Positions 53,864 to 64,000 of a stretch of DNA of 64,000 bases are shown one piece after another (within the stretch, counting starts at the first letter, position 1; each line of letters starts with the position of its first letter). The position numbers were made by a program, and so were the translations under genes. Under the pieces are notes generated by a model that was not told the DNA's origin, did no database searches, and worked only from the letters and a program-made list of their open reading frames with translations. Source of the DNA: Octopus vulgaris (lineage: Eukaryota); contig OX597817.1 in NCBI GenBank assembly GCA_951406725.2, positions 39,184,001 to 39,248,000 of the forward strand. The letters are read 5' to 3'.

Positions 53864-54020
53864 TTTCAACCTTGTTTCGTGGTCTGCTACCACAACAGCT
53901 CCTTTATAGGATCCAGTTAGCGCAAGACATCATCAGGAGAAACCACGTCCGGTTTCGGTCCCTACTCCTATACCGTCTTGACGTGGCGCCCCCCCTTTCG
54001 GAGGAGGGGTCTTCAGCTCT
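53864..54020 (-). ncRNA. GC-rich insert with two tandem degenerate hammerhead-like box sets
   Basis: Minus-strand order CTGAAGA...CGAAAC...CTGATGA...CGAAAC with several hairpins; stems imperfect. Confidence 0.4.
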
Positions 54021-54589
54021 GGTGTTGGGTGCATGTTTTCTTTCTTCTGTTCCCTGGCCTCTTCGATATAGCGTCTAGTCTTTTAAGACTTTGAAGTGGA
54101 TTGTATTTGAAGGCAAAATTTGGCTACTCAGTCTTGCCGGTCAAGCAACTGCCCAAATGTGGAAGAGAGATGTATGTTAGCCCTACTGACACAAAAAAAA
54201 AAAAAACGATGACTTCTTGATACAAATTAATGCTGTGTTTGTTTTATACATCACAGCAAAAGTTATATTACAACATGATATTCAATAGTGTTGATTGCTT
54301 CTAAGTCCATGTTGAATCTAATCCTTTTGTAACATCTTTTGTAATTAAATGACTACGCAGCAATACTTAAGCAGCTTATGTGATTAATAAAATCCCTTGT
54401 CCATACGGTAGTTGCCTACTTCTTAATGTTGATGAAACAGACTAATCTCACTATGCCCCCCTGCAACGCACAACATCTTACATGTAACTCCCCAACATCA
54501 CATACAACTCTGAATAAGAAAAGACACGGTTCATAAAACTGTAATCATCAAAAAAAGCGAATATCATAACAGAATCTTGAGATAATCTA

Positions 54590-54955
54590 TATCTTCTTTC
54601 AGTCATTGAACTGCGGCCATGCTGGGGCACTGCCTTGAAGAGTTTTGTAAACCATAACCCCAGTACTTCTTTTCTCAAGTCTGGTACTTATTCTATCGGT
54701 CTGTTTTGCCGAATCCCTAAGTTGAAGGGACGTAAACAAACCAATACTGGATGTTCAGTGGTGGGGGGACAAATACAAAGACACTCACATATATACGATG
54801 GCTCCCACACAATTTTCGTCTACCAAATTTACCCACAAGGCACTGGCCTGCTCGGAGCAATAATCAGAGACACATTTGCCCAAGGTACCGTGCAATAAAA
54901 CCGAATCTGCGACAACGTCGTTGCAAAGTGAGCTTCTTAACCACACAGCCACACA
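54590..54955 (-). mobile_element. Diverged OR2-like SINE
   Basis: Family similarity. Confidence 0.7.
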
Positions 54956-55222
54956 TTCATTTCAATTAACAACTTCCCAGAAACAATGCAAAAACGATGA
55001 CAATGCGCGGCTATATGATATAGTTGTTAAAACAAAAAAGCTTAACTGACATTGCATAAAGTAAATCTTAAAAAAAAAAGGTACACTCATACAAAATGTG
55101 CAGTCGCACTTGTGTACTCATTTATACATGCGCGCCCACACACAATACACAAACACATCATAAACACACACACATACATTTCTAGTCTCCAGCAATAACG
55201 TGCTGTTTCTTTTTTGTTAATA

Positions 55223-55491
55223 AGTGTTAGGGACGGCAACGCATAACACAGACTGGAATCGATCCCAACGCCTGGGACATTGAAGCTCAGGACAGGCCTG
55301 GCTGACTGCATTCCATCTCCAATGTGACAGATCATTTTGAAGCTGAACGACAGACGAAAGGGGAAGAGAAACGACAAGAAAGAAAATGGAGGCTGCAACA
55401 ACCAAAGCCTCCAATATGGATCCCTTATGAACTTTGCAACAGACGCTTCCATGCAAGAATCGGCCGCATTAGTCATCAGAGGTATAAATAA
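55223..55491 (+). pseudogene. RTE-clade LINE ORF C-terminal fragment
   Basis: GIDPNAWDIEAQDRPG*...FEAERQTKGEEKRQERK...CNRRFHARIGRISHQRYK*, the RTE W..LA.DR..W motif and terminal C..C.R.F..RIGL.SH.R zinc-finger-like motif; one in-frame stop. Confidence 0.85.
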
Positions 55492-56336
55492 AGGCTCTTG
55501 CATGGAATTCTGCCACCCTGAAGGCTGTCCATGGGGCATGAGCCCATATCCACTGTAAACGTGACACACGTGCTCAAGAAGATACCAAATAAATTAACGG
55601 ACACACGATAAAACGCGGACGACGACGAATAAGTGTTTGATTACACCAAACATTGCATACATTTCGTTATTAGAAAGCTTGTAACTATCAATGAGGGTAA
55701 CGAAAACTGCCTTTTTAAAATAAAATCGGCATTAAATTTTATTAACGAAATACATGGATGGTATCTTTACACCTGCACACACACTCGCGCAAACACATAT
55801 AAAATCATTGTTACTTGCAGTTCAAATGCGTTGTTTTACTTTGATCGAACACTTGTAGCCAGCCCAGCCATGAGCACGCATACACTTGTTAAGAAGTCGA
55901 TCGTTTGCGTCGAATAAAACGATTTGATTCTCAGCAGTTGCTTGACGTTTCAAATTTTCTTTCAGCACAAATGATTAATTTTCAGTACTCAAAGTGTGTG
56001 ACCGCATCAACCAGTGGTATATCAAAAGACATCTAGGCCGGAAATTACAAAAATGATTTCTCAGCATTTACGGACGTTTCAAAAACTGAGTCTTTCCGGT
56101 GCTTTCCGGATTCTTGTTGAGTGATGAGGAAATTTAATTAGTGAATTTGTGATTTCCTCCCCAGTAATCCATCGGCGGGTCGATATAGGCCTTAAATCCT
56201 TTAGTGCCAATGTCAATAATTATGCCAGCCATCAGTCTTTGAAGAGCTCTTATGACATTATAATAATGACAACTAATAATGACCTTTCAACATAGAATAA
56301 GTGTCCACCAGCTGGAAATGCAGTGTCTCTCTCATA

Positions 56337-56571
56337 TTTTTCTTTACTACCCACAAGGGGCTAAACACAGAGGGGACAAACAAGGACAGACAAACGGATT
56401 AAGTCGATTACATCGACCCCAGTGCGTAACTGGTACTTAATTTATCGACCCACGAAAGGATGAAAGGCAAAGTCGACCGCGGCGGAATTTGAACTCAGAA
56501 CATTAACGGCAGACGAAATACGGCTACGCATTTCGCCCGGCGTGCTAACGTTTCTGCCAGCTCGCCGCCTT
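56337..56571 (-). mobile_element. tRNA-derived SINE (ggcggcgagctggcag family), full length, 20-bp TSD
   Basis: TSD aatgcagtgtctctctcata / aatgcagtgtatctcttata (18/20); box B gagttcaaattcc; cctttcatcctttcgtgggtcgataaattaagtaccag central domain. Confidence 0.9.
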
Positions 56572-57761
56572 AATGCAGTGTATCTCTTATAGTCTTTGTG
56601 GTGTAGCATCTGATGGTATACGCTGCATTCAAATCAAGTTTGCAGTAGAATATATTGCAGGAAATAGAATGTAAGAGATCTTCAGTAGTGGGACGTGAAT
56701 TGTCAACTAAAGAAGCAATAGCAGTTTACTGGTTTTGTGTATTACTATTTCTTACTATTACCACAAGTTAACGATATGGGGAGATCAAAGGCTCAATAGT
56801 ACCATCACCAAGAGGCCGTTTAGTCGCCTTCTTAATAAATATTTCATCAAGAAGAGAAACTGACAAGATTTAGTATCCGCTGGTTCCAATTCGTTGCAGA
56901 GTTGGGGGAAAATACAAGGGGTTAGCAATACTGGAACAAGTCAAGCAACAACGATCTTTTTTTAACGATCGCCCGAGTTAGAAAGTTAGTTTCAGTTGTA
57001 GAAAGCACAGGCTATGCACCTTTTCATAAAGGAAAGATACTTAAGGCGATGTTTGCTGTATAGAAGGATGAAGAAACAATCTGTCTAGATTAAATTTCCA
57101 GGATAATTCAAGAGCATGACTACAATATTCGAAACAGGGGAAATCTCGAAAAGAAATCCTTATCTATAAAACTGGTGACATTAACTGAATCGAGTGAAAC
57201 ACCAATACATTGGTTAGTTATATATGCGCTGATACCTTTTTCATTTCCTTGATGTGCCCTAGGTGTACGAGGGTTCTAGACGCTGATGTAATTGTTTTTG
57301 ACTGGCATGCTCCAGAAAATACCCAGCCATTTTGCAGTTGCGTAAAGTTTCGTTCTTTGCTGGACAATTTATGTGGCCATGGTAAAAATGTAAACCGTAT
57401 TTTCATCTTTAAACTAATTTGCTCATCATGGCAGCAGTATGCTAATTGTTAAGGAAGCTGTACACTATTTGTGCTACAGTTCTAGATAGATCAATGAAAA
57501 AGAGATGGAAATCTCTGGTAATGGTCTTGCGGCTTCCAAATAAGGAACAGGCGACAGCTTGCTCCAAATTCAAGAAAGAATTCTCGGGGAGTTTTCCCCC
57601 TCTCTCCCTGAGAATATATATATGGTGTCATTCGAAGGTTAAAACAATGCGAACGCATTGTGACCAGCGATGTGTAACTACATCTGATGGTCTGGTCGGT
57701 CACGTGATCACGTGACGTGATCTATCTATCTATCTATCTATCTATATATATATATATATAT

Positions 57762-58059
57762 AATTTTTATAATTATGAGTATAATTATAATTAGAGTTCA
57801 GAAAAATTTGCTTCACCACATACCGAAATTTAGAAATAGCAATTAAAACTATCTATTTCACTACCATAAGAAAAATCTCCCAGACAGCAATACTCAACAA
57901 CCCACGCACCCTACGTGGGTTGTTGAGTATTGCTGTTTGGGAGATTTTTCTCATGGTAGTGAAATAGTTAGTTTTAACTGCTATTTCTAAATTTTGGTAT
58001 GTGGTGAAGCAGATCTTTGCTGAACCCTAATTATAATTATACTCATAATTATAAAAATT
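57762..58059. repeat. About 300-bp near-perfect palindrome with 7-nt spacer
   Basis: Centre ...caacaacccacg-cacccta-cgtgggttgttg...; arms pair out to aatttttataattatgagt / actcataattataaaaatt. Confidence 0.93.
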
Positions 58060-58161
58060 TTATGTATAAGTTTACCGATAATGATTCTTTTAACATACCG
58101 AACTACTTGGTAAAATAATTAATTAATTTTACTCTTTATTATTATTGATAATATATATACA

Positions 58162-58691
58162 CGAGCAAAAAGTGGACGGTGCTGAGTTGTCAAACATTTA
58201 AACCAAATTTTCTCAAAACAACTTGTCCGACCGTCCCATAGGCCTCCCCTTTGAGAAACACTGATTTAACCTAAATTTGAGACACCAGCAAAAGAAGAAA
58301 TAAAGATAAACTTTTTTCTATTCCAAAGAAGAACGATTTCATTCACACAAATATGCAACCGAAGAGTTTAAAGTACCAGAAATGATAAGGCTGGGAGAAC
58401 ATAAATATGGTTTAAACAGTAAGCTTGGCAGGAAAGAAACGTGCCTTTAAGCAGTACAAAAACAACAAAAAATGGAAGGCGCAGTTATGTACAGGTTGAC
58501 AGACGAAAATCAGGGCAAAAACGGCTTTATCGATCGCATTCTCACCTGGAATCGAGTTTGTAATTTTTTCAAGACTTCTACACGCCCTGATACCGTCGGT
58601 ATCTACATATCAAATTTGAGCGCAATCGGATGGAGGATGCCCGAGATCCGAGAAGACACACACACACACAGACAGAACGGATTTTATATAA
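58162..58691 (-). mobile_element. Non-autonomous Helitron-like element, same family as 44330
   Basis: Reverse complement of both ends of 44330-44789, with a different middle. Confidence 0.68.
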
Positions 58692-59170
58692 TATATATAT
58701 ATATATATATACATACACACACAGTTGCAGTCCGAAATTTACAGTGTCTGGCGAGACTTTATAGAACTATGACACATGATTCAATGTCTTCACCTGGTTG
58801 CTGTTTTTATGTAACTGGAACCTGCAAAAGATTGTAATCTGCTCTTCAATGAAACTACCATTGAGGGTAGCTATAGATTGTCGTATTGTAGTTGTTGTAA
58901 TCTGCAATATGACCGAACATCGAAGTAAACTGAAGTTAGTGTGATCAGTTGAGTTTAGGAATTCAACAAGAAAGTTTTAAAATGTAGATTAATAAATATG
59001 TACGAACCCCCTCTGCTTGTATCTGATGAAATGATTTTAAAATAACGCGACAAAAGAAGATTTTCCATTGTTATTGTTTTATTTCTTTGTGGAAGACGTG
59101 CCTCGACGTACTTTCTAGCGAAACATGCGACACTAATTGCGTCCGTGTATGTGAGCACGTTGGCTTAGTA

Positions 59171-59717
59171 TCTCTTATTATAAAAGGCAGATTTTATCTG
59201 CCTCCCTTTGTAACTTATAGAAATCTACAATATAGGATTTCTTCAATTACAATTTACCTAGCATTTTTAAGAGTAGAATGCATCGGGTCATGCCAGGTCC
59301 AGTTTTTAAAATTTAAACTCCAATTAAGCAAAATTTACAGAAAACTCACATTCTGGTGTGTATGTCAAATGCTTTTCTTAATGTGGTTTACACCACACGC
59401 ACACGCACACACACAGTGTGCAACGAATAAAATGAAAGTAAATAGCGACAGAGTGATTTGAGGAAGACTAAACTGAAAGTATTTAAACCACTACTCAAAA
59501 AATAAAAAAACACAGCAAACAGAAACAAATAAATACATAACGATTTACTCCTCACACAATTTCTTCAATTAGAGTTTACCTAAGATTTTTCAAAGTACTC
59601 CATTCGCTCATGCCATAATATATTTCTTTCAATTTCACCCCCAATTAAGACAAAATTCGAGAAAACTCAATATTTTAACATTTCACTCCGAAAGCATTGA
59701 TGTACATGTGTGCGTGC

Positions 59718-59760
<43 letters not shown>

Positions 59761-60855
59761 ATGGGTTGTGCGACACAGAAAGTGTGGTGTGTAAGTGAAG
59801 TGAAGTGCTTTTGTTAGTGTGTGTAAAGAGACAGAGTGAAAGACAGAAATAACTGAACTTTTTTTATTCACTTTTTGTAGTGAGTGACTGAGAGAGAAGA
59901 GAGAGAGAGAGAGGTTATGTATGTATATATGTATGTATGGCTTCAGTGACACACACACACAAAAACACATACCTACGTACACCTAAAGCACGCACACACA
60001 CACACACACACAAGCGGAGCGCGAACTTCAAAATTTTGGTAGTATTAATTTGCGAGCGTACTTCTAAGCGCGCGTAATTGAAAGTTTTCACTATGATATC
60101 ATCACGTGCGAAAAAATTCGAAGGGTTTTGAACAATTGAGATACAGATGTCACGCCTGTATTGAAACCATTGCTAAGCTGCCGTAATTGCTTAATTAAGA
60201 CTTTGTTTAAATTGAAAGGGGCAAATATGTGACGAGGTTGAAAAAAAATACCCCAGAAAAAAAAATGTACTGCTGGTATTTATATAATTCACTACTATTT
60301 TGCTACAATGTCATGAAAAAGAAAAAATTTAGGTATGTAAATCGAATTCGCCACCTCCTTTTCCCCGTTCGCGTTTGTGTAAAAAAAAATTATTATTTAA
60401 GTTTTAAAAATTATTTACTTTGTTCAAAAAATATTAATATTAATTAATTTTCAAGAATTATTTAATTTTATTCTGTAAAATAGTAATTAATTCATTTATC
60501 TGTAAATCCGCGAGGTTGTTACTCAGGCACCTAGAATGGTAACCTTCAACTAACACTATCTCCTCCGAGACCCTGCGGCGCAAGTTGACCAAAATTGAGA
60601 GTATGGTAGAAGAAGGGTTGCTCTTCCTTCCGTAGAACATAAAATTCAAATCGGACCATGTTAACACCAAAAATTATTTACATCAAAAAGATGCTTTTTT
60701 CTATGAAAATCCCTATTTTTTACGATTATTTCACTGCTGTGTCGCCACTTTTCGGTGTATTTCGACCAGAAAAATGTTCACAAAATTTTTACTTTTCAAA
60801 ATTACAATTCCAGCGGGTCGAAACAAACCCGAGCAACGCCGGGCGATACTGCTAG
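59171..60855 (+). mobile_element. Complete non-autonomous Helitron
   Basis: A|TC 5' end; 3' hairpin cccg-agcaacgc-cggg followed by cgatactgCTAG|T; inserted at an A-T dinucleotide with no TSD. Confidence 0.88.
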
Positions 60856-61573
60856 TTTATTAATAAATTAAGGAAGTAATTACATATTTACAATTGAAGC
60901 AGCGGTATTTTCAATGGAAATTAAAAACGGAATTAAAAGAAAACAGTTTAAGCTTACCTTATAATTCATTAGCTCGGATTTAAAACGTCTTTGTCAAAAG
61001 AAAATGGAGGATGGTGAAGCGTTGGTAGTTTTGCGCAGAATCAAAAATGGGACAGAAATCTAACATGCGCATTCACTTTGTATTTATTGTTAATCGATGC
61101 GTTTGAGCTAGTATGGAACATCTCTTTAATTTCCAAAATTCCAGTTGCTGTCTTTGATTAAAATGTTTTGTATAAAATCTAATCCCCCACTTTGGACTAG
61201 GAATTACTCCTAGAGGACAAAGTGAACTCTGGTTGAGAAACAACCTCTCGACCTAATATAGTGAGCCAAATTTCCCCCACTTATCGTCTTTAAAAATCAA
61301 GGACACACAGAATAACTTGGCCTAAGACAAAGTATGTCTAACTGAAAGACAGGGATTTTTTTTTTTATCACAAGTTCATTCGATCAGGGTTGACATCAGG
61401 TTAACAACAACAGCAACTTCTTTATAGATTTTGATAGTTAAGTATATTTGCTTGATTGGCTTCGTAAGGACATGAGCCATTAAAAAATTGGTAAGTAGAG
61501 CATCAACTGATAATTCAGCTGGATCACATGAGAAGAAGGAAATGAAGAAACGAGATTAGCACGTTTTATGTCG

Positions 61574-61990
61574 GTTTCAAATTTTGGCTCAAAACCAGCA
61601 ATTCAGAGGTGGGGCAAGTTGATTATATCAACCCCAGTACGCAACTGGTACATATTTTATCGATCCCCAAATGAATGAAAGGCAAAGTCGACCTTGGTGG
61701 CATTTGAACTCTGAACGTAAAGTCAGACGAAATGCCGCTAAGCATTTTGCTCGCCATCTTAAATCAGAATCTTTATAATGGTTTCCATTTTTGGCACAAA
61801 GCCAGCAATTTTGGAAGATGGATGAGTAGATTACATCGACCCCAGTGCTCAACTGGTACTTATTTTATCGACCTCGAAAGGATGAAAGGCAAAGTCGACT
61901 TTGGCGGAATTTGAACTCAGAACGTAAAAATGGAAGAAATGCCGCTGAGTATTTCGCTCGGCGTGCTAACGATTCTGCCAGATCGCCGCC
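61574..61990 (-). mobile_element. Two adjacent SINEs of the ggcggcgagctggcag family
   Basis: The second copy (61775-61990) has TSD tcagaatcttt; the first lacks part of its head. Confidence 0.82.
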
Positions 61991-63089
61991 TCAGAATCTT
62001 TTATATTAAACTGATAAAAATATTTTCCTCTCTCCCTTCCTCTCTCTTGTCCCGGGACTACTGTTGTTCTTTTGTTTCAGTTATGTGAATCACAAAAGGC
62101 CCCTGACACAATAATGTAAATTTAGGTCCTTCGTCACGGCCTCTTGGTCACAAAAGTTTTATTCTCGGTTTTGTCTGTTTCTATATTGTAGTTTTCTGTA
62201 ATTGTGTCGTCGAAATAAATAAACTGAATTAAATTGATGCGTCTCATCGTCAATATTAATGTGCATCTCCGTTTTTTTTAGCCAGACACACTATCTAGGA
62301 AAGGGTTTCATTATTTAGAGTCAATAGATCTGTGCTCGTGCGCGGGAAATCCATGAGGTAGTAAAGATGGAGGGTGAGGAGTGAGAGACCTAGTTCTCGA
62401 GAGCAGCCAATGGGCTTTCACTTTCATTGTTTATCTTTCGTCTGACTCACATAAATGATATAAGAGAGGGAAGTTTTTTTTAATGCCATTCCTGTAGACA
62501 CCTACACATCAAAAATATTGGCCGATATAATATCTAACTGACTACTTCTCTTTATACTACTATCTCCTTAAATCTTTGATTCCCTGTCCATCATTTTGCA
62601 TTCACCTCTTTCTCGTATATATTTCAACCCATTTCTTTTCTTCCCCCTTCCCTTCTCTCTCCTTCACTATTCTACACACCTAAATCCAAAGAGAATATAA
62701 ACTCTATTCATTTTCTCAAAATGCGGTCCCCCTCCCAAATGACATACATCAACATTTCATCTTCCTTTTCTTTTTGCTTCGTTTTTATATTCAAGCGTTT
62801 TGCGCAACTGTTTAATAAATTGGCCGAATTGTTACTGCGTCAGGCATAAATGTCTACTGTATTTAGTTATATCTCCTTAGTTCTGAGTTCAAATCTCACA
62901 AAAGTCAGCTTAACCTTTCATCCTCCCAATCATCGATAACATTCGAACTAATACTATGTAAGGTATGTACAATCACGGCGACTTTTATTCTTTATAGTTC
63001 AGGTTTCGGCTCTTTCGAAAAGACTGCTCTCTACACATATCCCGATAAAGGCAAGCTCTGAAATACTTGATTATCCGATGTTTTGAAGC

Positions 63090-63780
63090 TTGTTACAGGC
63101 ACTCCAGAGCAGTCCCTTCTATATAGGGAAATCTTTTTCAGTGTCAACAAAATAGGATCCAAGGTGTTTGAAGCCATAGACCTCCTTAAGATGTGAGCTA
63201 TCGTTGAAACAAACTGGCTGTGGCTTTCGGCTTTATTGATATATTCGAACTTCTCATTAGGACTCAAAACATCTCATGGACTGAACACAAAACCAAAGAG
63301 GAGATTTATGGACACATTCTGCATCTATCTCTACAATTATTTTTATTTCCATCAGGGGGATAAACATAGAGGAGACAAACAAGGACAGACAAACGGATTA
63401 AGTCGATTACATCGACCCCAGCGTGTAACTGGTACTTAAGGATGAAAGGCAAAGTCGACCTCGGCGGAATTTGAACTCAGAACATAACGGCAGACGAAAT
63501 ACCGCTAAGCATTTTGCCCTGCGTGCTAACGATTCTGCCAGCTCGCCGCCCTCGATAACTGTTGCTCAAACTGTGGATAAGCTTTGCTCATTAACAACCG
63601 GCCATATCGGGTATTATATTTTGAAGACCCTAACAGAAGACCTCTCAACTACGTTGATGCCGTTGGCAAACACGCACCATAAAACTGTGAGTCTACCATT
63701 AGCTAATGGGAGAGATTCCTGGCCTAGCATTATGAGATGCATTTCAATGGCGGCCACACGAAGAAGCAAAAGCTATAAAA
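63090..63780 (+). pseudogene. Decayed RTE/RTEX-like LINE 3' fragment interrupted by a SINE
   Basis: QNISWTEHKTKEEIYGHI and RRPLNYVDAV...RDSW resemble RTE-group C-terminal motifs. Confidence 0.65.
63340..63550 (-). mobile_element. SINE, same family as 56337
   Basis: Near-identical to 56337-56571 with an internal deletion. Confidence 0.85.
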
Positions 63781-64000
63781 GAATCAATGAAGGTCTACTT
63801 GTTTTAGGGGTAGTTGATCTTATCCATTGTCCAGTTTAACACTACTGTCCACTTGGAGCCGAGTTCACTCTGGTGAAAATATTCGGACTGTATCTCCACT
63901 CGAAACATATCTCGGTATCTTGAAGTACTCTTTGCTAATGCATCAGTCTCCTTTCTCTGCATCAGTTTTGAAGATTCTGCAATCATTTATAACCTCTTCC

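Noticed and set aside
55087-55569. Apparent paralogous peptides (CHVYxGYGLxPHGQPSGW or HPEGCPWGMSPYPL) here and at 49738
   Set aside because: They come from an 82-bp DNA repeat next to an RTE remnant; no splice sites, signal peptide or consistent codon bias.
55925-56085. Two ttctcagca...gacgtttcaaa repeats (GAAACGTC...CTGAGA on the minus strand)
   Set aside because: CTGAGA is not CUGANGA and the stems do not form; not a supportable hammerhead.
56800-57660. Possible gag zinc-knuckle or other coding remnant
   Set aside because: Many stops and no complete motif; cannot assign by eye.

Overview
AT-rich, repeat-dense eukaryotic DNA. The SINE families and microsatellites look like an octopus (cephalopod) genome; this is an inference. 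The only host gene I can support is the 3' half of an SCFD1/Sly1 (Sec1/Munc18 family) gene on the + strand: seven GT-AG exons from 84 to the stop at 24820, with AATAAA at 25055. The rest is introns and intergenic DNA filled with tRNA-derived SINEs, RTE-LINE remnants and RTE-derived non-autonomous elements, a decayed and rearranged Penelope-like element (RT plus GIY-YIG), a Tc1/mariner fragment, hAT and piggyBac-type MITEs and non-autonomous Helitrons. The most notable signal is five loci with type I hammerhead-ribozyme motifs of the Penelope-associated kind. Two of them are inverted pairs forming DNA palindromes, and one with an intact core lies sense inside an SCFD1 intron. There are also several short local duplications, one preserving the empty pre-insertion site of a SINE. 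Most ORFs in the supplied track are artefacts of repeats. Everything was read by eye; repeat boundaries are approximate unless a TSD is quoted.
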